A stretch of 64,000 nucleotides of DNA from a virus (Duplodnaviria; Caudoviricetes). A model generated the notes under the pieces. It did not search any database and had not been told where the DNA came from. It was given only the letters and a program-made list of their open reading frames with translations. The first letter of the stretch is position 1, and each line of letters opens with the position of its first letter. Below, piece by piece: positions 48,393 through 58,296 of the stretch. Made by a program: the position numbers and the translations under genes. The stretch lies in the IMG/VR virus record IMGVR_UViG_3300025706_000022, positions 11,572-75,571 of that record; one strand, 5' to 3'.

Positions 48393-49883
48393 CTATAATT
48401 GGGTCTTTTTAGCCCATACATTAAGAGTGTCTAACTCATCTTGTGTTAATCTAAGCTTACCTCCATTAGCCTCATATTGATGGTGTAGTGTCCTAACACC
48501 ATTAGCCATTAAATATAGTTTCTTATATTTGCAATGTTTATCATTAAACGGAACAACACATTCTTTTTGTTTATCGTATCTAAATACATAATCAAAGATA
48601 GGATATATCAAATCCCCAGACTTACCAGGTATACGCTTTCCATCAACAATAGTATCAGGATAAAATCTATGGAACTCAGGGGTACACCCTCTAGTTTTAC
48701 CAGGAGGCTTAACACCTATGTTATGTAAGAATGGTCTAACTTTAAATGGCATACTAAAATAATCACGCTTATAAGTATCAGGGTGGTGTCCTCTTAGTAT
48801 ACGGCCATTATTATCTACATGCTGCCTAGCACCATCATGAATAGCATCACTAAACATACACAATGAATGTTCAGTTATTTGATCCCACATGGTACGTTTA
48901 ATTAACTCTTCAATCCAAACTTGATTGTATAAATCTATACAACTAGTTCTAGTGAATTCTTCTTGACCAGGGACATTAACATCCTTAGTAATAAATAACT
49001 CTGAATAAGAATAAGACTTAGGAAAGCCAGTATCCTTATCAGCCCAAGAGTTAGATATATTAGTAGAAAACAATAAAAGTAGCTGATAGTATCTAAACTG
49101 ATCATAGTTAGTTATATTAAGGGATAGAGTATCATAGGGCTCTTGTGGGTGTTCCTTAAACATTTCATACTCTTCAGTAAAATCTTCTTTCATAAATTGC
49201 TCTAACACATTACCAATGATTAACTTTTGCATTAATTGTGGACAAACATAAATACTGCCATCCTTAAAGTTACCATAGTCTTTACCAACAAAATTAGGTA
49301 CTTTGTAGAAAGCATAACTAGCCTTTATACTACCGTACTCATTAGGCGGAAATGGATTAGGTACAAAGAAGTCAGGCTTAACTATTTTAGTGTTATTATC
49401 TAAAAGCATTGAAGTAAAATGTAATAATGGTGAAGTTACTCTTGCTTCTCTAATATACTCAATTAATGTCCGTATTTGTCTCTCAGATAACCAAGGATTG
49501 CTGTATTTATCCACCATCTCCTTAAAAGTAAGCCTACGTTCTATCCAATTAATTAAAAACTCTTTGAGTGTGTATGGATTAGTCCACCCAGGGCCATATC
49601 CTCTAGAATCCTTAAACATTCTTAAAGTAAAACTATCATAATGAAGCCAAGGGTCTAATACAATATTAGGTGTCCATTTATTCTTAGGTGTGCTTTTAGA
49701 TACTTCTCTTGCTTTTTTAATAGCCCCTTTTTCATCTCCTAAAAATTCTGGACTATTTATATATTCTATGCCTAATTCTTTTAGTGTTTTACCGCCCCAT
49801 TTAATATCTGCATAAGCAGGCTTATCAGGGCATACGTAAGGTTCCAATCTTTTCTTTGCCACCAGTATTACTCCTTTCTTCAA
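48393..49883 (-). CDS. Large hypothetical protein (496 aa)
   Basis: Long ORF, basic and aromatic-rich; no family recognised. Confidence 0.7.
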   Translation of the reverse strand: MKKGVILVAKKRLEPYVCPDKPAYADIKWGGKTLKELGIEYINSPEFLGDEKGAIKKAREVSKSTPKNKWTPNIVLDPWLHYDSFTLRMFKDSRGYGPGWTNPYTLKEFLINWIERRLTFKEMVDKYSNPWLSERQIRTLIEYIREARVTSPLLHFTSMLLDNNTKIVKPDFFVPNPFPPNEYGSIKASYAFYKVPNFVGKDYGNFKDGSIYVCPQLMQKLIIGNVLEQFMKEDFTEEYEMFKEHPQEPYDTLSLNITNYDQFRYYQLLLLFSTNISNSWADKDTGFPKSYSYSELFITKDVNVPGQEEFTRTSCIDLYNQVWIEELIKRTMWDQITEHSLCMFSDAIHDGARQHVDNNGRILRGHHPDTYKRDYFSMPFKVRPFLHNIGVKPPGKTRGCTPEFHRFYPDTIVDGKRIPGKSGDLIYPIFDYVFRYDKQKECVVPFNDKHCKYKKLYLMANGVRTLHHQYEANGGKLRLTQDELDTLNVWAKKTQL

Positions 49884-50082
49884 ATTGTTTACATTGTGTT
49901 ACTTTAAATGGAAACTGCACTAAATTAGCTATTGTAGGTCTAGCTGAACAAGAGTACTCATACCAGAATATATGAGGCATTTCCCATGATTCTTCCTCTC
50001 TATGTACATGATAATGTTTACAATTACGGCATGAAGGCATAATTACTCCTAAACGAAAAATAGGGGAACAGCTTGTGGCCAT
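49825..50082 (-). CDS. Small Cys-rich protein
   Basis: CRNC...C...C pattern; true start probably MPSC. Confidence 0.45.
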   Translation of the reverse strand: MATSCSPIFRLGVIMPSCRNCKHYHVHREEESWEMPHIFWYEYSCSARPTIANLVQFPFKVTQCKQFEERSNTGGKEKIGTLRMP

Positions 50083-50109
50083 TCCCCTAATTTACTACCT
50101 AGCTACTCT

Positions 50110-50517
50110 TTAAGCAGCAGTGGCAGGCGCCTGAGCAGCCTTAGCCTTCTCAAGCAGTTCTTCCACATTAACACCAGTAGAAGCCAGGTATTCTTGCAGA
50201 GCAATAGCCGAATTAGCCTTATTACGGTATTCAGCCAGATGAGCACCACGAGGCTGAGCATTAGCAGCACGTTCAGCTTCTTCTTTAGCCTTCTTCTCAG
50301 CTTGTTCAGCCATCAGCTTTTCAGCAAGCGGAGCCAGCTTCTTCAGATCACCAGACTCACCGGCTTCCAGGACTTCCAGGATAGCGGTACCAAGAGTGGC
50401 ACGCTTACGATGCAGTTCCAGAGCGGCCTTAGCCTGCGGGCTAACTTCACGCTTAGGCTTGGCGGCACCAGAGATAGCGGCAGCAGCGGCGGCAGAGACG
50501 TTGGTGGTTTCAGTCAT
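50110..50517 (-). CDS. Ala/Lys/Glu-rich helical protein, likely highly expressed
   Basis: Capsid-like codon bias; followed by hairpin plus T-run terminator at about 50056-50090. Confidence 0.7.
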   Translation of the reverse strand: MTETTNVSAAAAAAISGAAKPKREVSPQAKAALELHRKRATLGTAILEVLEAGESGDLKKLAPLAEKLMAEQAEKKAKEEAERAANAQPRGAHLAEYRNKANSAIALQEYLASTGVNVEELLEKAKAAQAPATAA

Positions 50518-51055
50518 GATTGTATTACTCCATATATAGATTGCTAGATACTATCTAGCGGATAATCCTATTAGCAACATGCTAAAGGACAGAATTGGTC
50601 GGTTACTTCTACGGCGTCTCACGACGTTAGGTACAACAACAAACAAATTCGGCGGACACCTCGTGTCCTTTTATGCTCCACGGGGCCGGTTCTTTTTACT
50701 CACATAGCACTGCAATTGCAGAATATGCTATCTAGTCTAACGACTATACATCAAATCTACTATCGACCATATGAGTGACCGCTACAGCCACCACTATGGT
50801 GAATTTGTCTAGAGTACTCAGAGTCAGCTGGATATTGTCTATGCATCTCTTGATAACGAGATAGAAGCATATTCCAACTAGACCGCTTTAATGGTATGAT
50901 AGAGCAGTTAGCTGTTACTACTTCATACTGCATTACCTCCTCTTTAGTAGCATAATATTTATCAGTTAGCCTAAAATGACGATGAAGACCTTTACCCCTA
51001 CTATGGCCAATAAGCCATTGCCAGGTTGCAATTCTTTCTTTACTTGAGTCTTTCA

Positions 51056-51316
51056 TTAGTCTTCCCTTACTAACCTATCAAGCCTACCGCACTCAATATT
51101 GATAGATACATAAGGATGAATAGGCTTATTAACACCACCGTAGTACCCAGTATAAAACCCTAAGATGAATGAATTAGCATCTTCAGGTTGTAGATTAACA
51201 AGGCCCTGATAACAAGCCTTTTGTAAATCCTTTAATGATGGTGTAACCATATTAAATGGTACATTAGGATTGTCATTCACCTTCGGATTATAATTCACTT
51301 CTGCGTTATCACTCAT
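51056..51316 (-). CDS. Hypothetical protein
   Basis: 86 aa, coupled to the ligase stop. Confidence 0.5.
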   Translation of the reverse strand: MSDNAEVNYNPKVNDNPNVPFNMVTPSLKDLQKACYQGLVNLQPEDANSFILGFYTGYYGGVNKPIHPYVSINIECGRLDRLVRED

Positions 51317-52248
51317 TACCTACCATCCTCTCTAAATCCTGCGATATGCCATCTACTAGCACGAGGGAAGCGTGGCTTATACCCATCAAGTCCAATAGCA
51401 AAGTGACGCATAACAATAATCTTGCCAAGGTACTTTTCTTGATTGAACCAAATATGTCTACGCTCATCATGATTAAAAGAACCACAAGAAATCTCTAATG
51501 GCTCACCATTATAATTCACTATAAACTTACCAGTAGTATTAGCAGGAACCATTCCATCTCTAGTAACACTACGCTCAGTATACCCTAAGGCATTAGTCTT
51601 AGCTTCATTGATATTGATCATCTGCTCAACAAAGCCAATTACTTCTACTTCACACTCAGTAAACCGTTTAAGCTTAAAGAGAATGTTGTCATTGAAGGTA
51701 GAACGACCATGCTTATAGCGACCATCTTCTGATCTAAGCATGATACCCTCATAACCGAGAGTAAGACTCTTTTCTTCAAATGCAAGTAAATCATCTAAAC
51801 AATTGATAAAAGTATGCCCTACAGGATGCAACCAATCATCACCACTAGGAAGGCTCAATAGTCTATCTTTAAATTTACCAGTAGTAATTCTATCAAACAC
51901 ATGGAAGTGGATATCACCAGGCTTGTTATATGACATTACATGTGATTGTGTAGTGTTATACACATTGGTATCAGTAGGCTTACCTACAATTAATTCACCA
52001 TCAAGACCGTGTAAGTGCTTAAACATACCTTGTGCTTGCATACTCGGAATAGGCTTGCCACTACGTGATTGTAACACACCATTCCATGCAATAGCTCTTA
52101 TACCGTCTAGTTTAGGGCTAGCAAGGTACGGAAACTTAAGCTTATCAAGACAGTGGGGGTCTACCAATGGATCTAGCGTTGCGGATAACAGCGGTTTTAC
52201 AGGCATTACTCTCATCTCCTTTAAGCTTTCGAATTGCATCAGCTGCAC
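51316..52248 (-). CDS. ATP-dependent DNA ligase
   Basis: Motif I SPKLDGIR, GELIVG, FHVFD, EGIMLR, LFKLKR, PRFP; true start probably a few codons downstream. Confidence 0.92.
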   Translation of the reverse strand: MQLMQFESLKEMRVMPVKPLLSATLDPLVDPHCLDKLKFPYLASPKLDGIRAIAWNGVLQSRSGKPIPSMQAQGMFKHLHGLDGELIVGKPTDTNVYNTTQSHVMSYNKPGDIHFHVFDRITTGKFKDRLLSLPSGDDWLHPVGHTFINCLDDLLAFEEKSLTLGYEGIMLRSEDGRYKHGRSTFNDNILFKLKRFTECEVEVIGFVEQMININEAKTNALGYTERSVTRDGMVPANTTGKFIVNYNGEPLEISCGSFNHDERRHIWFNQEKYLGKIIVMRHFAIGLDGYKPRFPRASRWHIAGFREDGR

Positions 52249-52533
52249 AAAAATCTCTAATACGCTCTACATCTGGACCATGCCCATGCTTCTTACACGT
52301 ATCCATATAATGCATCCATGCAGCAACTGCAGCGTCTTCTAGTCCACGTAAATAATCTTCATTCATTATTCCTCCTCATTATATTGATAATCTTCAGGAT
52401 GTGGTACCGGTGGACCTTGGTAAAAGGTATTTGGATACCACACATCCCTATCAGAGAGAATCCACGCTTGATCAGGATTATCTCTACCCTTTTCAAACGC
52501 GAACTCTCTATCAGCTTCTTGCTCAAAACTCAT

Positions 52534-52842
52534 TTAAAGTTCATTTTCAATTTCCTCAATTTGAGCTGCGACTTGAGAGAAGAGCTGTTTAAGTGCTTTA
52601 AGCTCTTCATGCCTCTTCTGGTTCATCATTTCAATATCTTTAGCATGCTTAAACATAATATTACCTGCATCAATAATTACAGGTTGCTCATCACGAATAA
52701 TAGCCTCTTGAATATTACCATCATCATATTTAAGATATACCCTTTTAAATGAGGGAATGAGAGTGCCCCCAAATTCAAAAAGAATACCAGACTCATGATC
52801 AGTCATAACTACAAGATGCACTGATGTTTCCCTATATGACAT
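52534..52842 (-). CDS. Hypothetical protein with C-terminal coiled coil
   Basis: 102-aa ORF with RBS. Confidence 0.5.
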   Translation of the reverse strand: MSYRETSVHLVVMTDHESGILFEFGGTLIPSFKRVYLKYDDGNIQEAIIRDEQPVIIDAGNIMFKHAKDIEMMNQKRHEELKALKQLFSQVAAQIEEIENEL

Positions 52843-52845
52843 ATA

Positions 52846-53115
52846 CTACTCCTCTTTATAATTAGGCGGAAAATACTTAACACCACGAGGATAAACTCTA
52901 ATGGTCTTGTAACCATATCCTTTAATTGCTTGATTATACTGCTTAACAGCATCTGCTGAAGTACAGAGTAATTGTGCTATCTTAGACATCTCTATACCAG
53001 GCTCTGAGTCTATCAGGTGCATGATCTGTTCTATACGCTTACCAGATTTCTCAATACGAAATGGCTTCTCAATAAATATTGATAATTGCTCAGCCAATGT
53101 CGGAAGTCTTATCAT
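52846..53115 (-). CDS. Putative winged-HTH protein
   Basis: IMHLIDSEPGIEMSKIAQLLCTSADAVKQY...GY pattern. Confidence 0.5.
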   Translation of the reverse strand: MIRLPTLAEQLSIFIEKPFRIEKSGKRIEQIMHLIDSEPGIEMSKIAQLLCTSADAVKQYNQAIKGYGYKTIRVYPRGVKYFPPNYKEE

Positions 53116-53371
53116 CAGGAATATCCCTAATTATTTTAGTAAATGCTATCATAGTGTCTTGAGCAGATTTAAACTGCTTCATAGTGGATTCCATACTCTC
53201 ACATGCTGATTTAATGCTATTCCAATGGTTATAGCCAGCACTTAAGTCTATTTCCTTACCAATCTTTAGAACATCAAGTTTACCATAATACAGATTTAAA
53301 AATTTCTCAAGCTCGTAGTGGTCTACCTCACAGATGTATTTATTAATACTCCCTATACCAATTACTTTCAT
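53090..53371 (-). CDS. Hypothetical protein
   Basis: 93-aa ORF in the replication operon. Confidence 0.5.
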   Translation of the reverse strand: MKVIGIGSINKYICEVDHYELEKFLNLYYGKLDVLKIGKEIDLSAGYNHWNSIKSACESMESTMKQFKSAQDTMIAFTKIIRDIPDDKTSDIG

Positions 53372-53404
53372 AGTTTACCCCATTTGTCTATGGCTTCATT
53401 GAAA

Positions 53405-55180
53405 CTATTCCACATAAAAGTCCTTATATAATCCTTCAAATGCTAACTGTTCAATAGCTAGCTCCCGTGCTTCTCTTACTTCAACATCATACTCATCAGG
53501 CTGAATAATCATAAAGTTTTCACCAGGCTCTTCTAGTTGTAGCCTACCAGTACCATTATTATAGTATGTAGGCTCTACAGGGCCAGTTAGACCTGTATAA
53601 CGATTTTTAAGCACACTAAAATTAATTGTAGATCTAATAATAGGATCAGGATTTAGCTGATCCCTAGCAAAGGCTATAACACCAAAGCTAATCTGTTTAA
53701 TTGAGCCTGACCCCTTAATATCATCCAATGAGGGTAGCTCACCTTCTTCAAATGATCGTTTACCAGAAGGTGCCTTACGTAAGTGACTAATTACACCTAA
53801 CCAAATATTATGTTTCTTAACAATCTTTAGTAATGATGACATTACAGAGTCAACAGCTTCATTTCCAGTAAGCTTACCTGCACCTTCAGATACAGCGATA
53901 GTAATATGGTCAAGGAATAGCCTAGTGCATCCCATTAAGGCCATGTACTCAATCATATCCAATAGTGCACCATCTTCAACACTGCCTTGATGGTCTAAAA
54001 GCATTATATGGTCATCACCAAATACTGCATCAAAGCCTACCTTAAGTGTTTCAATAGGTAAAGTAATCTCAGCTGTATTAACCTTCAAATACATACCAGA
54101 GATACGTCTAGCAGTCTCAGCGGGTGCTTCTTCTAACGAGATAATACCAATCTTCTCATCAGTAGTAGCTCTATAATGAAGGATGATCTCTCTAAATAAA
54201 GTGCTCTTACCTGACCCTGTACCAGAAATAAATAGATCGATTTCACCTAGACGCATACCCTTAATTTTACTATTAAGTGCACCAACACATTCAGGATATG
54301 GTACAGATTCTATTTCGTTATAATTGCATAAGGCATCCCATAATTTCTCTTTAGTAATAATGCCTGATGGTACTAAGTGTTGCGAATTCCATATACAGTG
54401 ATTTAACTCAATAGCACCTTCATTCATGAGACATTCGTTAGGATCTTTCCACTTACCAAATGTGGCGATCTTAACTTTGTCCATGCCAATAATCTTATTT
54501 ATTTTTGCGGCTGACTCTTCACCGCGGTCATCTGCATCCTTACAGTAAACTACTTCATCAAATGATCTAATCCATTCCCTATGCTCTAGTAAATCCTGAT
54601 CAAGAGTAGTAGCACTTCTTACGCTTACTACTGGATAGATTTTACCATATTTTTCTAATGAAGCCTGTGCAATAGATAACATATCTATTTCACCTTCAGT
54701 AATAACCAATCGTTTACCACCAGAAGGGAATAAATGTTTACCACATAGACCCTTAATTTTGCCTATGGATGAAAACTTCTTACCAGCTACATCTCTAACT
54801 TTATAAGCTTGAGCGACACCATCTTTCCCAACAAGGTATGGATAAGCATGTCTTATATCCTTTCTGTTTTCATCGTAGCTAACCCTAACACCAAAAAATT
54901 TAGTAACTTCTGAAGATATTTTTCTAGATAAAATAGGGCCACAATCTGCTTGTTCAATAATTGTAAACATTTTGCCAGCCCTTGATAGCTGAGCTTCATC
55001 AATGGCGTCAGGCTTAAATTCTAGCTGCCCTTTCAAAACAGCAGTAGGTGACGGCCTATACTTTTTACAACTGAAACAATAACTAGAATTATCCTCATAC
55101 ACAGCCTTAGCATCAGAAGAACCACAGTCAGAGCATGGCTTATGCTTTTCAACAATTTTACCCATTATACCTCCGGCCAT
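53405..55180 (-). CDS. T7 gp4-like DNA primase-helicase
   Basis: Zn finger CSDCGSSDA...CFSC; TOPRIM ITEGEID, DADDRG; helicase SGTGSGKST, LFLDHI, SHLRK, KGSGSIKQ. Confidence 0.95.
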   Translation of the reverse strand: MAGGIMGKIVEKHKPCSDCGSSDAKAVYEDNSSYCFSCKKYRPSPTAVLKGQLEFKPDAIDEAQLSRAGKMFTIIEQADCGPILSRKISSEVTKFFGVRVSYDENRKDIRHAYPYLVGKDGVAQAYKVRDVAGKKFSSIGKIKGLCGKHLFPSGGKRLVITEGEIDMLSIAQASLEKYGKIYPVVSVRSATTLDQDLLEHREWIRSFDEVVYCKDADDRGEESAAKINKIIGMDKVKIATFGKWKDPNECLMNEGAIELNHCIWNSQHLVPSGIITKEKLWDALCNYNEIESVPYPECVGALNSKIKGMRLGEIDLFISGTGSGKSTLFREIILHYRATTDEKIGIISLEEAPAETARRISGMYLKVNTAEITLPIETLKVGFDAVFGDDHIMLLDHQGSVEDGALLDMIEYMALMGCTRLFLDHITIAVSEGAGKLTGNEAVDSVMSSLLKIVKKHNIWLGVISHLRKAPSGKRSFEEGELPSLDDIKGSGSIKQISFGVIAFARDQLNPDPIIRSTINFSVLKNRYTGLTGPVEPTYYNNGTGRLQLEEPGENFMIIQPDEYDVEVREARELAIEQLAFEGLYKDFYVE

Positions 55181-55887
55181 GGAATGTCAGAGTAAGTCCT
55201 TCCATGTTTTATACGGTTTACTGTTATTGATGATATACCAAATTGCTTAGCTATTACAGTTCCTTGTGTATTATTTAGTATCAACCTTTTTATCTCAACA
55301 ATTTGATCGTAAGTTAAAGGAGAATTTGGGTTAGGTTTTGTGCTCTCATAATCGATTAGCTTATCTGTGTAGTTATCTATACTAACTGTTACATGCTTAT
55401 AAGAAAGTCTATGGACAATTTGCCTAATAGTGTTTGGATTTAGCCCACCGTATCTTCTTCCTATCTCAGAGTACGACCGTTTTAATTCTAAGGCTAAAAA
55501 GCATATATCCGGGATATCCTCATCTTGTAACGCACGATCGTATGGCATTAATCCATTCTTAAATGCATTATTAATATTATCCTTTAGTGACATCCAAGAT
55601 AGATTATTAACTGAGTCATCTAACTTGCCATTTGCTCCATGCTCTACTGTAAAAGATAAATCCTCAGTCGGTATAAAATGAGTAGCCACAAGTCTTGCAA
55701 CACGGTATCGTTTTCTGTATATCGTTACAATTCGATAACCTTGATCAGATATTGGTGCCTTTAAAATACAGCCAGAAACTCCACGAATCCTACCAAAATT
55801 TGAAATAGAGTACCCATCTAAATTTTGAATAGGTTTCCATACTTCATTAGGTAAGCTCTCATTAACAAGGCTACAACTTTGGGTCAT
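55165..55887 (-). CDS. Free-standing NUMOD4-HNH-like endonuclease, degenerate active site
   Basis: EVWKPI...YSISNFGRIR; VARLVATHFIP...VEHGANGKLDDSVNNLSW; two HTH-like C-terminal repeats. Confidence 0.75.
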   Translation of the reverse strand: MTQSCSLVNESLPNEVWKPIQNLDGYSISNFGRIRGVSGCILKAPISDQGYRIVTIYRKRYRVARLVATHFIPTEDLSFTVEHGANGKLDDSVNNLSWMSLKDNINNAFKNGLMPYDRALQDEDIPDICFLALELKRSYSEIGRRYGGLNPNTIRQIVHRLSYKHVTVSIDNYTDKLIDYESTKPNPNSPLTYDQIVEIKRLILNNTQGTVIAKQFGISSITVNRIKHGRTYSDIPWPEV

Positions 55888-56059
55888 CGTTCTTTTTACT
55901 CCTCATACTATTTATAACAGCCATAAGAATAAGGCCACTAGTAAGTATAAAAGTATAATCAGCAGAAGTAAACTTAATAAGATAAGTCAGCTCAACAGCC
56001 CCTGCTATCATTGTAAAGCCCATACCAATAACAATTAGAATCATTAGAATTAATGACAT
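55871..56059 (-). CDS. Small two-TM membrane protein
   Basis: Two hydrophobic stretches and a basic tail in 62 aa. Confidence 0.5.
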   Translation of the reverse strand: MSLILMILIVIGMGFTMIAGAVELTYLIKFTSADYTFILTSGLILMAVINSMRSKKNDDPKL

Positions 56060-56613
56060 TATATTTCACCTCCTATGAATTGAAACAATCTAGCCTTATT
56101 TCTAGCAGTAACCTTTTCCTTTACAGGCCAGGATATACCATTGATAAGGCTATTATAGAATAGTGTACGGTTACTAGGTATTTCTGCAGTAACCAAGCAC
56201 CATACCTCTGCAAAGCTAAGGCCTCCTTTAGTACTATACTCTTCTAGGCATACAAAATCAAATATGCTCTCTGGTGATAAATCCTTAGCACGAAGAAGTC
56301 TAGTAAGCATATCAATCTCTTTATTACTGCTTACATAGTACTTCCAATTACTCTCAACACCCTTATTAAGCTTACCCATACCAGCATAAAGCTTCTTACC
56401 TAGGTATAGCATACCATTGTGGCGATTACGAATACCATAGATGAAGCCTATCTGCTTACCAGTAAACATTGGTTGGTCGAACTTCCAGTGGCCGTTCTCA
56501 CCTAGCTGACTCTTATCAGTTCTAGGGAGACGAGGCATCTCAACTTTTGAAGTAGCATTATTGATACCACTAGGAAAGGCTAATGGTGCTGTGTTATCAG
56601 TTGGTGAAGTCAT
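56059..56613 (-). CDS. GIY-YIG family endonuclease
   Basis: GFIYGIRN...LYLGKK, W..Y.SS, conserved E and terminal FYN. Confidence 0.75.
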   Translation of the reverse strand: MTSPTDNTAPLAFPSGINNATSKVEMPRLPRTDKSQLGENGHWKFDQPMFTGKQIGFIYGIRNRHNGMLYLGKKLYAGMGKLNKGVESNWKYYVSSNKEIDMLTRLLRAKDLSPESIFDFVCLEEYSTKGGLSFAEVWCLVTAEIPSNRTLFYNSLINGISWPVKEKVTARNKARLFQFIGGEI

Positions 56614-56957
56614 AACCCGACAAACCTCATGTTACACGCAGTTGAACAAAATGCATAGTTAGAGTCAAATCTAGCCTCAGACTCTAACATACTTTTACCA
56701 CAATTAGAGCATTCTAAGGTACCATCAAATTCTCTATAAAAGCCTAGACCTTTTGAAGGAAATTGATCTTTAGATGGATCAATAATTTTACCTGTTTTAT
56801 CCTTGCACCACCAATGCTGTTCTTCAGAGTTACAGATAGGACAAAAATAGTAGCCTCTAACTAGTGTAAGATTAGGTGTATTTGCACATAACTCTTCTGA
56901 TAACTCCTTACACTTACCTCTAAACTTTAAGTAATCTTCATTTGTATGAGTTTTCAT
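56610..56957 (-). CDS. Cys-rich hypothetical protein
   Basis: CPIC, HWWC, CSNC, FCSTAC motifs. Confidence 0.55.
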   Translation of the reverse strand: MKTHTNEDYLKFRGKCKELSEELCANTPNLTLVRGYYFCPICNSEEQHWWCKDKTGKIIDPSKDQFPSKGLGFYREFDGTLECSNCGKSMLESEARFDSNYAFCSTACNMRFVGL

Positions 56958-57082
56958 GATTACCTTTCTTGAACTTTTTACAAGGAGTTATAGGAATGTA
57001 CTTAAACATATAGCACCAACCTTCCTCAGGACATGAGGTATGGTTATAGTAACAGCCCATACAATCTTCAGGTTTATGACGC

Positions 57083-57895
57083 TCAATCACTTGGTTGTTT
57101 CCATCCATCAAGACTAAATACATAATACCTAGTAGGAAGGATCGTAATAAGCTTGCCAGTTAATATAAGTGCTTCACGCCAATCCTTACCTATAATTTCT
57201 TTATAGGCATAACAGGTCATGAATTGAAGGTCTTCTATCGTCTTACAATCAGATAGAATGGCCTCTGCTCTTTTAGGCCCTACTTTGGGAAGACCTGGAA
57301 TACCGTCAGTAGAGTCACCCATAAGTAACTGCTTATGATAATGAAATGCTGCATCCCATTCGTTTACTTCAATGATAAGGGATGGGTCTCTAGAGCCAGC
57401 CTCATAAAGATTACCACGAGGAAACCGATAATGCTTACCAGGGATACAAAGTAGGTCTTTATCAATAGAAGCAATAACAGGCTCCATACCGGATTTAAGA
57501 GCTTCTCCATGCCAGATACGAACAAGGTCATCTGCCTCCATACAGTCAGCAGGTACTGCTCTACCTTGATCAATTAGATACTGTCTTACAATGTTAACAA
57601 ACTCTTGTACTGGTCTTACTGTCTTACCACGATGTGCCTTATATGGAGGGTAGATATCACATCTAAAGTTACCCATACCCTTCATTGCGATCTGTGTAGT
57701 CTCTGCAAATGTTACTTCTTGCAGCTGGGCTACAGTGCGGTCAATATTACGAATACACTCTAACAGATATAGCTCATCATCCTCTTTGGTGAATACAGGA
57801 GGGGTAGCATCATAAACACTACCCCATCTATTACGACACGCTCCATGGGCAATAACATCGCCATCGATGATCAATGCTACATTACTCATATACAA
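57083..57895 (-). CDS. 5'-3' exonuclease (T7 gp6 / FEN family)
   Basis: IIDGD, PYKAHR, EADD, SIDKDL, GDSTDGIPGLPKVGPKRA. Confidence 0.92.
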   Translation of the reverse strand: MYMSNVALIIDGDVIAHGACRNRWGSVYDATPPVFTKEDDELYLLECIRNIDRTVAQLQEVTFAETTQIAMKGMGNFRCDIYPPYKAHRGKTVRPVQEFVNIVRQYLIDQGRAVPADCMEADDLVRIWHGEALKSGMEPVIASIDKDLLCIPGKHYRFPRGNLYEAGSRDPSLIIEVNEWDAAFHYHKQLLMGDSTDGIPGLPKVGPKRAEAILSDCKTIEDLQFMTCYAYKEIIGKDWREALILTGKLITILPTRYYVFSLDGWKQPSD

Positions 57896-58296
57896 TTCTT
57901 TCTGACTAAAAAGCCAAATGCTTCAATTGAAGCTAATCCTAACTTAGTAGGATGAGGGTCATGCACCATTTTCCCATTACAACCAACTACGCTATGGAGT
58001 GTTCCAGGAAATCTAGGACTATCTCCTGATATCTCATGATAAACGTCTCCATTGATAAAACTACCAGCCTTCCATGCATCAAAGTCCCACTTAGGGATTT
58101 GTAGGTAGAAGAACCCCATCGGCTCTAAAAATTCATGAAGCCGTTTATTATATGTATCTACATCAGGATTATCAAACATAATATGGGGCACTTCTTCAAT
58201 CTTCATCTCTAGAAGAGAAGCAAGAACTGCTCTAAAGCAATCCCCATAAACTTTATTATCTGGATCATGGGGTACTAGCTGTTCTGCAGGTATCAT
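57886..58296 (-). CDS. Conserved phage hypothetical protein
   Basis: GDCFRAVLASLLE...HSVV...VHDPHP pattern. Confidence 0.6.
   Translation of the reverse strand: MIPAEQLVPHDPDNKVYGDCFRAVLASLLEMKIEEVPHIMFDNPDVDTYNKRLHEFLEPMGFFYLQIPKWDFDAWKAGSFINGDVYHEISGDSPRFPGTLHSVVGCNGKMVHDPHPTKLGLASIEAFGFLVRKNCI

Noticed and set aside
42027-55180. Inteins in terminase or primase-helicase
   Set aside because: Both are normal length with contiguous motifs and no splice-junction residues.
55165-55887. Possible intron around the HNH next to the primase, and around the 7594 and 46438 HNHs
   Set aside because: No P/Q/R/S elements found and flanking genes are intact.
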